Counted from the first letter of the stretch, positions 26,607 to 36,807 are shown. The stretch: DNA of 52,183 nt from Sphingomicrobium sp. (GCA_046714555.1 JBKKAQ010000065.1:1-52183), one strand, 5' to 3'. Notes: a model not told the origin generated them from the sequence alone. A program made the numbers and translations.

Positions 26607-28223
26607 ATGAGCGCGTCCCGCATCGACAGCAAGATCGCCATCGACGGCGAGGAATTTCGCAAGCGCGATTCGCACAACCGCGCGCTCGCCGAAAAATTGC
26701 GCGCCGATGTCGCCACCGCCGCGCACGGCGGGACCGCCAAGTCGCGCGAACGCCACTCGTCGCGCGGCAAGCTTCTGCCACGCGAGCGGGTTGAACGGCT
26801 GCTCGACCCGGGCTCGCCCTTGCTCGAGATCGGCCAGCTTGCCGCGTTCGATCTCTACCATGGCGAGGTTCCCGGCGCGGGGATCATCGCCGGAATCGGA
26901 CGGGTTTCGGGGCGGCAGGTGATGATCCTCGCCAATGACGCGACGGTCAAGGGCGGCACCTATTACCCAATGACGGTCAAGAAGCACCTTCGCGCTCAGG
27001 AAATCGCCGAGGCCAACCGTCTACCGTGCGTCTATCTGGTCGATTCGGGCGGGGCCAACCTTCCCCACCAGGCCGAGGTGTTCCCCGACCGCGACCATTT
27101 CGGCCGGATCTTCTATAATCAGGCGCAGATGAGCAGCCTCGGTATCGCCCAGATCGCCTGCGTAATGGGAAGCTGCACCGCGGGCGGAGCCTATGTCCCG
27201 GCGATGAGCGACGAAAGCATCATCGTGCGCGAACAGGGGACGATCTTCCTTGCCGGACCGCCTTTGGTCAAGGCCGCCACCGGCGAGGAAATCAGCGCCG
27301 AGGATCTCGGCGGAGGCGATCTCCATGCGCGCAAGTCGGGAGTGGTCGACCATCTCGCAGAAAATGACGAGCATGCCCTGACCATCGTCCGCGACATTGT
27401 CTCGACGCTTCCTCCCCCGTCCGGTCCAACGCTCGGCACGAACGGTTTGAATTTCAAGGAGCCCAAGCCTCCTTATTACGATGCCGAAGAAATCTACGGG
27501 ATCATCCCCGACGATGTGCGCGCGCCCTACGACGTCCGCGAGGTGATCGCGCGGATCGTCGATGGATCCGAATTCCACGAATTCAAACACCTGTTCGGAA
27601 CCACTCTGGTGTGCGGCTTCGCGCATGTCTGGGGGTTGCCGGTCGCGATCCTCGCCAACAACGGGGTCCTCTTCTCCGAAAGCGCGGTCAAGGGCGCGCA
27701 TTTCATCGAACTCGCGTGCCAGCGCCGCATCCCCTTGCTGTTCCTCCAGAACATCTCGGGCTTCATGGTCGGCGGCAAATATGAGGCCGAGGGGATCGCC
27801 AAGCATGGCGCCAAGCTGGTCACCGCGGTCTCCACCGCTCAGGTGCCCAAGATCACCGTGCTGATCGGCGGAAGCTTCGGCGCGGGCAATTACGGGATGT
27901 GCGGGCGCGCTTATTCACCCCGTTTTCTGTTCAGCTGGCCCAACAGCCGGATCAGCGTCATGGGGGGCGAGCAGGCCGCCTCGGTGCTCGCCACGGTCCA
28001 CCGCGACGCCGACAAATGGGACGAGCGCGAAGCCGAAGCCTTCAAGGCCCCGATCCGCGACGATTACGAAGCCCAGGGCAACCCCTGGCACGCCACCGCC
28101 CGCTTGTGGGACGACGGAATCATCGATCCGGCCCAAACCCGCGACGTCCTCGGCCTAGCCTTCGCGGCCTGCCTCAACGCCCCGATCCCGGAGCGCGCCA
28201 ATTTCGGCGTGTTCCGGATGTGA
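26607..28223 (+). CDS. liuB: 3-methylcrotonyl-CoA carboxylase beta subunit
   Basis: [39 protein letters not shown]. Confidence 0.93.
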   Translation: MSASRIDSKIAIDGEEFRKRDSHNRALAEKLRADVATAAHGGTAKSRERHSSRGKLLPRERVERLLDPGSPLLEIGQLAAFDLYHGEVPGAGIIAGIGRVSGRQVMILANDATVKGGTYYPMTVKKHLRAQEIAEANRLPCVYLVDSGGANLPHQAEVFPDRDHFGRIFYNQAQMSSLGIAQIACVMGSCTAGGAYVPAMSDESIIVREQGTIFLAGPPLVKAATGEEISAEDLGGGDLHARKSGVVDHLAENDEHALTIVRDIVSTLPPPSGPTLGTNGLNFKEPKPPYYDAEEIYGIIPDDVRAPYDVREVIARIVDGSEFHEFKHLFGTTLVCGFAHVWGLPVAILANNGVLFSESAVKGAHFIELACQRRIPLLFLQNISGFMVGGKYEAEGIAKHGAKLVTAVSTAQVPKITVLIGGSFGAGNYGMCGRAYSPRFLFSWPNSRISVMGGEQAASVLATVHRDADKWDEREAEAFKAPIRDDYEAQGNPWHATARLWDDGIIDPAQTRDVLGLAFAACLNAPIPERANFGVFRM

Positions 28224-28266
28224 GGGCAGCGCTTGAAAACCCTTCCCGGAACGCGGAGGATTGCGC

Positions 28267-30141
28267 GTGATTCGCTCGCTCCTGATCGCCAATCGCGGCG
28301 AAATCGCCTGCCGGATCATCCGCACGGCGCGCGCGATGGGGGTGCGCACTATCGCGGTCTATTCGGACGCGGACGCCAAAGCGCTCCACATCCGCCAGGC
28401 CGACGAGGCGGTGCATATCGGACCCTCGCCGGCGCTCGAAAGCTATCTCGTCGGCGACCGGATTATCGCCGCTGCGAAAGCGAGCGGGGCCGAGGCGATC
28501 CATCCGGGCTACGGCTTTCTCTCCGAAAACGCCGACTTCGCGCAAAGCGTGACCGACGCCGGGCTGATCTGGGTCGGGCCCAGCCCTCAAAGCATCCGCG
28601 CGATGGGATTGAAGGACGCCGCCAAGGCGCGGATGATCGCTGCCGGAGTGCCGGTCACCCCCGGCTATCTGGGCGAGCGCCAGACGCCCGCTACACTCAA
28701 GGCCGAGGCGAAAAAGATCGGTTTTCCGGTGCTGATCAAGGCGGTCGCCGGGGGCGGCGGCAAGGGGATGCGCCGGGTCGAAAGCGCGTCGGGCTTCGCC
28801 GAGGCGCTCGCCAGCTGCAAGCGCGAGGCCGCCTCGTCGTTCGGCGACGACCGGGTGCTGCTCGAAAAATACATCTCCTCGCCGCGGCACATCGAAGTGC
28901 AGGTGTTCGGCGACACCCACGGCAATGTCGTCCATCTGTTCGAACGCGACTGCTCATTGCAGCGGCGCCACCAGAAAGTCATCGAGGAAGCCCCCGCTCC
29001 GGGAATTGACTCGGCCACCCGCGCCGCGATCTGCGACGCCGCGGTACGCGCTGCGAAAGCGGTCGATTATGTCGGCGCCGGGACGATCGAGTTCATCGCC
29101 GACGCCTCCGACGGCCTGCGCGCAGACCGCGTCTGGTTCATGGAAATGAATACGCGGCTCCAGGTCGAGCATCCGGTGACCGAGGAAATTACTGGCGTCG
29201 ACCTGGTCGAATGGCAATTGCGGATCGCGAGCGGCGAGCCGCTGCCGCTAAGCCAGGACGAGCTCAAGCTTACCGGCCACGCAATCGAGGCGCGGCTCTA
29301 CGCCGAAGACCCCGCCAAGGGCTTCCTCCCGAGCGTCGGCAGGCTCGAGCATTTCGACCTTGGAGAAGACGGCCGGATCGAAACCGGGGTCGAGGAGGGC
29401 GACTTGATCTCGCCTTTTTACGACCCGATGATCGCCAAGCTGATCGTTCGCGGCGACACCCGCGCGCAAGCGATCTCCGCCCTCGCCGGCCTGCTCGACG
29501 AGGTCGAGGTGTGGCCGGTCCACACCAACGCCGGCTTCCTGTTCAACGCGCTGCTCCACCCCGATTTCGGGGCCGCGAAGATCGACACCGGCTTCATCGC
29601 CCGCGAGCTCGACGATCTGGTCCCCGACCCCGAGCCCGACGAGGCCCTGTGGCGAGCCGCCGCTGCGGTGGCGCGCGCCGCCGAGGAGGACCAGCCGCTC
29701 GCCGGGCTCGCCGGTTTCCGCTTGAACGCGCCCGCCAATGCCAGCGTCGCGCTCGGGCGCGGGGGGACTTTCCGCCGGATCGCGCTCGACGATGGCGAAA
29801 TCGCCGCCGCCTCGGGCTTCCGCGACGACGAGCGCGTGGTGGTCTTTCATAAAGGCAACAGCTTCGCCTTCGACCTCGCCTGGCGCGGCACCGTCGGCGC
29901 GGCGCTCGGCGACGGAGCGATCGTTTCGCCGATGCCCGGGCGGGTCACTGCGGTCGATGTCGCGGCGGGGGACGCCGTTACCAAGGGCCAGCGGCTGCTG
30001 ACGCTGGAGGCGATGAAGATGGAGCATGCTTTGCTTGCTCCGTTCGACGGGCTGGTCGCCGAACTCGACACCGAAGCCGGCGCGCAAGTCAGCGAAGGCG
30101 CCGTGCTGGCGCGGATTGAACCGACCAGCACCCCGGCGTAG
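28267..30141 (+). CDS. liuD: 3-methylcrotonyl-CoA carboxylase alpha subunit (BC + BCCP)
   Basis: ANRGEIA, HPGYGFLSEN, RDCSLQRRHQK, EMNTRLQVEH, EAMKM; GGAGGA RBS before GTG. Confidence 0.92.
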   Translation: MIRSLLIANRGEIACRIIRTARAMGVRTIAVYSDADAKALHIRQADEAVHIGPSPALESYLVGDRIIAAAKASGAEAIHPGYGFLSENADFAQSVTDAGLIWVGPSPQSIRAMGLKDAAKARMIAAGVPVTPGYLGERQTPATLKAEAKKIGFPVLIKAVAGGGGKGMRRVESASGFAEALASCKREAASSFGDDRVLLEKYISSPRHIEVQVFGDTHGNVVHLFERDCSLQRRHQKVIEEAPAPGIDSATRAAICDAAVRAAKAVDYVGAGTIEFIADASDGLRADRVWFMEMNTRLQVEHPVTEEITGVDLVEWQLRIASGEPLPLSQDELKLTGHAIEARLYAEDPAKGFLPSVGRLEHFDLGEDGRIETGVEEGDLISPFYDPMIAKLIVRGDTRAQAISALAGLLDEVEVWPVHTNAGFLFNALLHPDFGAAKIDTGFIARELDDLVPDPEPDEALWRAAAAVARAAEEDQPLAGLAGFRLNAPANASVALGRGGTFRRIALDDGEIAAASGFRDDERVVVFHKGNSFAFDLAWRGTVGAALGDGAIVSPMPGRVTAVDVAAGDAVTKGQRLLTLEAMKMEHALLAPFDGLVAELDTEAGAQVSEGAVLARIEPTSTPA

Positions 30142-30229
30142 GGCACCCATCGAAGTCTTACTTTGAATGGGCCCGCAGGCCGGGGGCCGGAACCTACCGA
30201 AAATCGCGTTAATCACGGGAGAAGAATCA

Positions 30230-31009
30230 ATGAACATCGACGGAATTTCAGCAGTCGTCACCGGCGCCGCCTCGGGGCTCGGCGAAGCCACCGCCCGGGC
30301 GCTCGCCGCGAAGGGCGCCAGAGTCGCGGTGTTCGACCGCGACGGCGACAAGGGCGAAAAGGTCGCGAGCGAAATCGGCGGGACCTATTGCGAGGTCGAC
30401 GTGACCAGCGACGACAAGGTTGCCGCCGCCTTCGCGCAGGCTCGCGCGGCGCACGGCCAGGAACGCGTGCTGGTCAATTGTGCGGGCATCGCCAATGCGG
30501 TCAAGACCGTCGCGCGCGACAAGGCGAGCGGCACAATCAAGCTCTATCCGCTCCACCAGTTCGAGCTTGCGATCGCGATCAACCTCGTCGGTACCTTCCG
30601 CTGCATCGCTCATTCGGCGGCGGGCATGCTCACCCTCGACCCGCTCGACGACAATGAGCGCGGGGCGATCGTCAACACCGCCTCGGTCGCCGCCGAGGAC
30701 GGGCAGATCGGCCAGGCGGCCTATTCGGCGTCGAAGGGCGGGGTGCTCGCGATGACTCTTCCGATTGCTCGTGACCTGATGGGCGAGGGGATCCGCGTCA
30801 ACACCATCCTCCCGGGCATTTTCAAGACCCCGATGGTGGCGATGATGCCGCAGAACGTCCAGGAGGCGCTCGCCGCTCAAGTGCCCTTCCCGAAGCGGCT
30901 CGGAACCGCCGAGGAATATGCAACGCTTGCCCTGTTCATGCTCGAAAACACCTACCTCAACGCCGAGAGCATCCGGCTCGATGGCGGAATCCGGATGGCG
31001 CCGCGCTGA
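30230..31009 (+). CDS. SDR, 3-hydroxyacyl-CoA dehydrogenase type II-like
   Basis: TGAASGLG, NTASVAA, YSASK, RLDGGIRM. Confidence 0.92.
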   Translation: MNIDGISAVVTGAASGLGEATARALAAKGARVAVFDRDGDKGEKVASEIGGTYCEVDVTSDDKVAAAFAQARAAHGQERVLVNCAGIANAVKTVARDKASGTIKLYPLHQFELAIAINLVGTFRCIAHSAAGMLTLDPLDDNERGAIVNTASVAAEDGQIGQAAYSASKGGVLAMTLPIARDLMGEGIRVNTILPGIFKTPMVAMMPQNVQEALAAQVPFPKRLGTAEEYATLALFMLENTYLNAESIRLDGGIRMAPR

Positions 31010-31833
31010 GCATTTCCGACGAAGCGTTGCTCGAAGCGCTCGCGCTCGCCGCGCGCCAGGCGGGCGACGCGATCCTCGCGCTCGTCGCCCGCGGGTTCGA
31101 GGTCGAGCACAAGCGCGACCTCTCCCCGGTAACCGAGGCCGACCGCGCCGCCGAAGCGATCATCCTCGCCGCGCTCGCCGCGGCCGCTCCCGATATTCCG
31201 GTGATTGCCGAGGAGGAGGTCGCCGCCGGGCGAATCCCGTCGCACGGGGCGACCTTCTTTCTCGTCGATCCGCTCGACGGGACCAAGGAATTCATCGCCG
31301 GCGGGGATGATTATACCGTCAATATCGGGCTGATCGTCGATCACCGACCGCGGCTCGGGGTGGTTTTCACTCCCGCCCGAAGAACACTCCACGGGGGGAT
31401 CGTCGGCCACGGCGCCTGGCTTGAGATCGATGGCAAGCGCGACGCGATTTCGACTCGCTCGCCAGCGCAACACCCGGTCGCGGTCGCGTCGAAATCGCAT
31501 TTCTCGCAACCCACCGCCGATTATCTCGAAGCAGTCGGAGCGAGCGACTATGTCTCGATCGGCTCGAGCCTCAAATTCTGCATTGTCGCCGAAGGCCGCG
31601 CCGACATTTATCCGCGATTGTCGCCGACCAGCGAATGGGACACCGCTGCCGGCCATGCGGTACTGCTTGCCGCCGGCGGGCGGGTCGACGGGCTCGACAA
31701 TGCTCCGCTCGGTTATGGCAAGACGGCCTTCCTCAATCGCGGATTCGTTGCCACCGGGGGATGGCGTGCGCCGGGCATCGCGCCCTTCCTCGCCGAATTT
31801 TCGGGTGGGGGCGATCTGCCTCAGGGCGTCTAA
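31006..31833 (+). CDS. cysQ: 3'(2'),5'-bisphosphate nucleotidase
   Basis: SPVTEAD, DPLDGTKEF, GSSLKFC, EWDTAAG. Start is CTG at 31006 or TTG at 31027. Confidence 0.93.
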   Translation: MSISDEALLEALALAARQAGDAILALVARGFEVEHKRDLSPVTEADRAAEAIILAALAAAAPDIPVIAEEEVAAGRIPSHGATFFLVDPLDGTKEFIAGGDDYTVNIGLIVDHRPRLGVVFTPARRTLHGGIVGHGAWLEIDGKRDAISTRSPAQHPVAVASKSHFSQPTADYLEAVGASDYVSIGSSLKFCIVAEGRADIYPRLSPTSEWDTAAGHAVLLAAGGRVDGLDNAPLGYGKTAFLNRGFVATGGWRAPGIAPFLAEFSGGGDLPQGV

Positions 31834-31871
31834 CCGCGGACCCTGACCAGACTTGATTGCATCCGATTCGG

Positions 31872-32108
31872 CTATGAATCCAGCCGCACTTGCTCGAGCC
31901 CTTCGGTTGGCCTCGAGCTCCCGCGCCTGATCGAGTCAACCTCGGCGCGGATCGCCAGCAGGCGTATCCGGAGCACCAAAGCTTCGTCACTTTCGGGGCG
32001 GCAGCTGGCAAGCAGCAGAGTGAGCCGCAGCGCCTGGTCGAGCGCTTCGGCAAGTTGTGCGAGCCACTGCGCTCGCGCGCTGGCCTTGAGTTCGGTTGAT
32101 CTGGGCAA
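31872..32108 (-). CDS. Small helical hypothetical protein
   Basis: RAQWLAQLAEALDQALRL amphipathic pattern; GGA before TTG. Confidence 0.5.
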   Translation of the reverse strand: MPRSTELKASARAQWLAQLAEALDQALRLTLLLASCRPESDEALVLRIRLLAIRAEVDSIRRGSSRPTEGLEQVRLDS

Positions 32109-32257
32109 GGGTTCCTCCGAACGCCCTGATAGTGGCCGAAGGTTTCAGGATGCTTGGTGGTCACTCCGTTTCGGAGCGATTAGCGCCTGACATTAATCCA
32201 GATTGCGGCGTATCTCGATGCCGCTCGGTTGATTCATCTTTCAGAATGGCGGTTGTC

Positions 32258-33240
32258 ATGAACGGGACCATGGGCTCTCACACTTCCTTTCCCTCGGGCG
32301 GGTATTCGTCGGGAATCCACCCTTCGGCGAACTCCGCTTCGGACGACCTGTCCTACGCCGGACCTCCGCCGATCCTGATCGCCGGCGACAGCGAAGCGGC
32401 GATCCGCCGCGCCACCGATACGGTCGAAAATGCCGGAATGCGGATCGGAGCGCAGGTCGCGATCGGCGATGCGATCGAACGCATCGGGCAACAAGTCGCC
32501 GCTAGTGCGATCTGGGTCGAACTCGACAGCGACGGCGGTGCGCCGATGGACGCCCTGCTCGACCGCCTCAACGGCGATGCCCGCGCCGGGCGCTATCCCG
32601 CGGTGGTCGCGGGGCCGATCGCTCTGGTCGACTTCTTCAGCGCGCGCCTGACCGATCCGGCAATCGAATTGCTGATCGACGGCGACGAACCCGCCCGCGC
32701 CGCCGCGCTTGCCATCGCGACCTCGCGCGCGGCTCGGCCGGGCCGCCTTTCCGACGTCGCCAGCGACAGCGAACCGCCCGGCTTCGCCAGTTGAGCGACG
32801 AGGTCGGGCGAATCGCCGCGACCCTCGCCCGGCTGTCGGCCGGTCCCGCGCCCGCTCCCAATGTTCCCGTTCGCTCCGACGCCGCCGGGGAGCTTCCGCC
32901 CTTTTCATCGGAGAGGGTCCGAGCGATCATCCGCGCCCGCCGTCTGCGCTCGCGCTTCTTCGCCGAAGAACTGTTCGCCGACCCCGCATGGGACATGCTG
33001 CTCGACCTCGTCCAGGCCGAAACCGACCAGTTCCGAGTCCCCGTGTCGAGCCTGTGCATCGCCGCCGCGGTCCCGGCAACCACCGCGCTTCGCTGGATCA
33101 AGACGATGACCGACAGCGGCCTGTTCGTCCGCCGCGCCGATCCGCACGACGGCCGCCGCGTGTTCGTGGAAATGTCCCCCGAAACCAACTTGGCGATGCG
33201 CCGCTACTTTGCCGAAATCGGCAACGCCGCGGCGATCTAA
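32258..33240 (+). pseudogene. Winged-helix regulator with N-terminal domain, split by a frameshift at ~32775
   Basis: Adding one base gives EP(A/P)RLRQLSDEVGRIAATL joining the two ORFs; C-half has LFADPAWDMLLDL, TTALRWI, DGRR. Confidence 0.75.
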
Positions 33241-33245
33241 AAAAT

Positions 33246-33301
33246 CCCTTCCCAGCTTCTGCTGGGGAGGGGGTCCACGCGAAGCGTGGTGGAGGGGCCG
33301 C
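33246..33301. repeat. REP-like palindromic repeat
   Basis: CCCTTCCCAGC-TTCT-GCTGGGGAGGG followed by CCACGC-GAA-GCGTGG-TGGAGGGG. Confidence 0.7.
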
Positions 33302-33362
33302 CCGGGCCAATAAGCCCGCTTGCCCGCACCCTCGCAACATGGCAGTCGCGACCCGACCCTGC

Positions 33363-33438
33363 GGGCGCTTAGCTCAGTTGGTAGAGCATCTCGTTTACAC
33401 CGAGAGGGTCGGCGGTTCGAGCCCGTCAGCGCCCACCA
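33363..33438 (+). tRNA. tRNA-Val (anticodon TAC)
   Basis: 76-nt cloverleaf: GGGCGCT/AGCGCCC acceptor stem, TCTCG-TTTACAC-CGAGA anticodon arm, GTTCGAG T-loop, encoded CCA. Confidence 0.97.
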
Positions 33439-33551
33439 TCATGACGGCCAACCGGCACCTTCGGCCGCCGCAAAACAGAGACGAAACGAGGATGCGCAGA
33501 TCGCAGGAAGCTTCAGCCGCCGCTGAACAGGGAAAAGCTAGGGGCTGATCA

Positions 33552-34115
33552 TCACAGCGCCCGCACCAGCCGCACCGCGAGCGCGGCCCACGGCGGGTCG
33601 GCGACGACGCTCTGGCGGCCGCCCGATCCGTGGGGGAGCAAGTGGAGCTTGCCGTCCTCGCGTCCGATCAGCCGTCCGAACAGGAACCGCCCCGCTGGGC
33701 GCGGGATCAGCAGGTCGCGGTTGAGCGCGCGGCCGAACTCTTCGGGGTCGAGCCGGTCGCACCAGATTTCGTCCCCGGCCCGGTAATCGCCGATGCTCGC
33801 CGCGACCGTCACCGCGACCTGCCCCGGGCCGCTCTTGGGCGGAATTACCAGCGCTGCTCGCTTGGGGGCGACCGCGCCGTTTGCGCCGAGAATCGCCGCG
33901 ACCGGCAATTCCGCGCTCGCCGGATGATCGACAAGGTCCGACGCCTCGACCCCAAGCGCCGCCGCGATCCGGTTGAGCCAACTGACCGAGACCGTGCGCG
34001 TTCCGGTTTCGAGCCGGCCGATAGTCTGCGGAGTGGTCGGCGGGCTGCACGCCTTGGCAACCTCGTCGAGAGTCATCTTGCGCGCCCGGCGCACTTCGCG
34101 AATGCGGGTGATCAT
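33552..34115 (-). CDS. XRE/Cro-CI HTH regulator with degenerate S24-like C-terminal domain
   Basis: IREVRRARKMTLDEVA...QTIGRLETG...IAAALGV. Confidence 0.88.
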   Translation of the reverse strand: MITRIREVRRARKMTLDEVAKACSPPTTPQTIGRLETGTRTVSVSWLNRIAAALGVEASDLVDHPASAELPVAAILGANGAVAPKRAALVIPPKSGPGQVAVTVAASIGDYRAGDEIWCDRLDPEEFGRALNRDLLIPRPAGRFLFGRLIGREDGKLHLLPHGSGGRQSVVADPPWAALAVRLVRAL

Positions 34116-34226
34116 CGCCATTCCCCGATCTAAATCGAAAAAACATAACCCAACTGGTTTTTCCACTGTCCTACATAATCGCCGTTGTGGCAAGTCTGTC
34201 GCGAATCGGACGAGGGAGAGCGGGCC

Positions 34227-34718
34227 ATGGCGGGAATCAGGCAGGGACGATTGCTCGAAGAACAGGCGCTCGATGAGTCGGCGAACCCCTCGGGCTCGCG
34301 CCGCCCGGCACGCTCGGTCACCGTCAACCGCGCCGAATCGCCATTGGGCTGGCTGCTTTCGCGCGGGCTGGTCTCTCGGCGCCAATATGACGCGGGCGAG
34401 CGGCTGCGCGCCGATTGGGAGCGCGCCCAATTGTCGCCCAAGGTAACGATGAGCTGGGACTCGGCCCCGGTCGCGCGCGGGCGCAGCGGCTCGGCGCCGG
34501 AGATCGGTCGTGCCGGAAGCCAGATCGACGCGCACCGCCGTTTCAACGCCGCGATCGATTGCGCTGGCCCTGGCCTGACCGACATTTTGTGGCGGGTGGT
34601 CTGTTCGGGCGAAGGGATGCGCGAGGCCGAAACCGCGCTCGGCTGGCCGGCGCGCGCGGGCAAGCTGGTGCTTCTGATCGCGCTCGACCGGATCGCCGAC
34701 CATTACCGCTTGCGCTGA
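34227..34718 (+). CDS. DUF6456 protein (GafZ / GafA-C-terminus-like)
   Basis: VTVNRAESPLGWL, AGERLRADWE, AETALGWPARAGKLVL; GAGGGAG RBS. Confidence 0.8.
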   Translation: MAGIRQGRLLEEQALDESANPSGSRRPARSVTVNRAESPLGWLLSRGLVSRRQYDAGERLRADWERAQLSPKVTMSWDSAPVARGRSGSAPEIGRAGSQIDAHRRFNAAIDCAGPGLTDILWRVVCSGEGMREAETALGWPARAGKLVLLIALDRIADHYRLR

Positions 34719-34780
34719 GTGCCTTCGCCGGCGAGCCCCGTCGTGCTAGGTCGCCTGGGTCAGCAAAAAGGGGAAAGCCG

Positions 34781-35425
34781 ATGATCGTCTACGGCTCGTC
34801 GATGTCGCCGTTCGTTCGAAAAGTGCTCGCGTTCTGCGCCGAAAAAGGGATCGCGGTTGATTCGCGCCCGACCGGAATGAACGACCCCGACCCCGATTTT
34901 AGAGCCGCGAGCCCGTTCGCCAAGATGCCCGCGCTGAGCGACGGCGACTTCAGCCTCGCCGATTCCTCCGCGATCGTCCATTATCTCGAGGCGCGCGATC
35001 CCGAGCCCAATCTCATCCCCGTCGAAGCCAGAGCGCGCGGACGGACGGTGTGGTTCGACGAATATGCCGACACCTTGCTCGGCGGCTGCATGGTCAAGAT
35101 GTTCTTCAATCGGCTGGTCGCTCCGCGCTTCCTCAAGCGCGAGGGCGACGAAGCCGTCGCCGCCGCCGCCGAGCGCGACGAGCTTCCGCCATTGCTCGCC
35201 TATCTCGAAGGCCAGATTCCCGGCAGCGGCTATCTGGTCGAGGACCGGCTGACCCTCGCCGACCTCGCGGTGGCGAGCCCGTTCGCCAATTTCGCGCATA
35301 TCGGGGTCGCGATCGACCCCGCGGCCTATCCGAAAACCGCCGCCTATGTCGCCGCGATCCTCGCCCGCCCGAGCTTCGCGCCGCTGATCGAGCGCGAAAC
35401 CGCTTTGCTCCAACGCACCGCCTGA
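34781..35425 (+). CDS. Glutathione S-transferase
   Basis: SPFVRKV, PFAKMPAL, DSSAI, TLADLAV. Confidence 0.93.
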   Translation: MIVYGSSMSPFVRKVLAFCAEKGIAVDSRPTGMNDPDPDFRAASPFAKMPALSDGDFSLADSSAIVHYLEARDPEPNLIPVEARARGRTVWFDEYADTLLGGCMVKMFFNRLVAPRFLKREGDEAVAAAAERDELPPLLAYLEGQIPGSGYLVEDRLTLADLAVASPFANFAHIGVAIDPAAYPKTAAYVAAILARPSFAPLIERETALLQRTA

Positions 35426-35441
35426 CCGCGCGCGCGAAAAT

Positions 35442-35804
35442 CTAGTGCCAGGGCTCCGACCCGTCGTCGCGCCCGAACGGCCGCGCGCTCTCGATATCGG
35501 CCTCGCCCGCGCTGCTCACGTCGCTCTCGGCGACCGCATCGGCGCCTTGGGCTTGGAGATAAGCCTCCGACTCCTCTTCCTGCGCCGATCCGACGAAGCC
35601 CCCTTCGATGCCCGTCTGCGGATTGGCCGTCTGCGAATTTCCCGTCTGCGGGGCGCTGCCCTCGCTTGCCGCCTCGCTCGCCGACTTCTGCCCTTGGGCG
35701 AGCGTCGGGTCGATCCCGATATCGGCGACCGGATCGGCGACCTGCGGGTCGCTCGCCTGCGGTGGAAGCCCGCCGCCCGCGGTTTGCTTGTCACGATCGT
35801 CCAT
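35442..35804 (-). CDS. Acidic, probably disordered hypothetical protein
   Basis: GAGGAG RBS; EcfG-like GGAAC-N16-GGTT at 35846-35870. Confidence 0.65.
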   Translation of the reverse strand: MDDRDKQTAGGGLPPQASDPQVADPVADIGIDPTLAQGQKSASEAASEGSAPQTGNSQTANPQTGIEGGFVGSAQEEESEAYLQAQGADAVAESDVSSAGEADIESARPFGRDDGSEPWH

Positions 35805-35938
35805 CGCCCGTCTCCTCTCGCGCAGTCCGCCCGCGCCTTACCAAAAACCGGCCGCGCGCCCAAGCGTTCCTTGGCCGCCACGAACAGGGCGCCCGGACAA
35901 TCGCCCCGCGGCCCCTTCCGTCGATCCGCGAAGAGACC

Positions 35939-36568
35939 TTACGCGGCGTCTTCGCCGTCCGCCGGAGCCTCCGCCGGAGCGACCGCAGCATCGCCGCCCT
36001 CGCGCACATCGGCACTCGCACCGGGCTCGGCATTGGGATCATAGGCCTCGGTAAAGCCCGCATTGTCGCGCTCGAACATCGAAGCCATGATGTCGACCCC
36101 CTGTTCCTGAAGGTCGGCTTCCTCGGGCGATCGCGCGACATTGACCTTTACCGCGACCGACACTTCGGGGTGAAGCGCGACCCGCACCTCGTGCAGCCCG
36201 ATCGCCTTGATCGGCCGGTCGAGCACCACCTGGCTCTTGAGCACCTTGGCGCCATCGGCCTCCAATGCCTCGACGATGTCGCGGGCGCTGACCGACCCGT
36301 ACAGCTGGCCGGTGTTCGAAGCCTGACGGATCAATTTGATCGTCTTGCCGTCGATGTCCTTCGACGCCGCTTCTGCCTCGGTCCGCTTGCCGGCATTGTC
36401 GCTCTCGATCTTCGAGCGGTTGGCCTCGAACAATTTGCGGTTCGATTCATTGGCCCGAAGCGCTTTCCTGTTGGGAAGCAGATAATTGCGCGCAAAGCCG
36501 TTCTTGACGCTGACCACGTCACCGATCGCGCCGAGCTTCTCAACACGTTCGAGCAGGATGACATCCAT
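35939..36568 (-). CDS. rplI: 50S ribosomal protein L9
   Basis: MDVILLERV, GFARNYLLP, LYGSV. Confidence 0.98.
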   Translation of the reverse strand: MDVILLERVEKLGAIGDVVSVKNGFARNYLLPNRKALRANESNRKLFEANRSKIESDNAGKRTEAEAASKDIDGKTIKLIRQASNTGQLYGSVSARDIVEALEADGAKVLKSQVVLDRPIKAIGLHEVRVALHPEVSVAVKVNVARSPEEADLQEQGVDIMASMFERDNAGFTEAYDPNAEPGASADVREGGDAAVAPAEAPADGEDAA

Positions 36569-36580
36569 TGTCCGCTCTCC

Positions 36581-36805
36581 TTACTTCACGACATAGGGGA
36601 GCAGGCCGATGTGGCGGGCGCGCTTGATCGCCTTGGCCAGCTCGCGCTGCTTCTTGGTGGACACCGCGGTGATCCGGCTGGGGACGATCTTGCCGCGCTC
36701 GGACACAAAGCCCTGGAGCAGCCGGACGTCCTTATAATCGATCACGGGAGCGTCTTTCCCCGAAAAGGGGCAGCTCTTGCGGCGGCGGAAAAAGGGACGG
36801 CCCAT
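36581..36805 (-). CDS. rpsR: 30S ribosomal protein S18
   Basis: [23 protein letters not shown]. Confidence 0.98.
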   Translation of the reverse strand: MGRPFFRRRKSCPFSGKDAPVIDYKDVRLLQGFVSERGKIVPSRITAVSTKKQRELAKAIKRARHIGLLPYVVK

Positions 36806-36807
36806 GA

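Noticed and set aside
30190-30211. EcfG promoter before the SDR gene
   Set aside because: The GGAAC to CGTT spacer is only 13 nt.
33438-34718. Prophage or island integrated at tRNA-Val
   Set aside because: No integrase and no convincing att duplication; CAGCGCCCGCACCA at ~33555 is imperfect and lies within a coding end.
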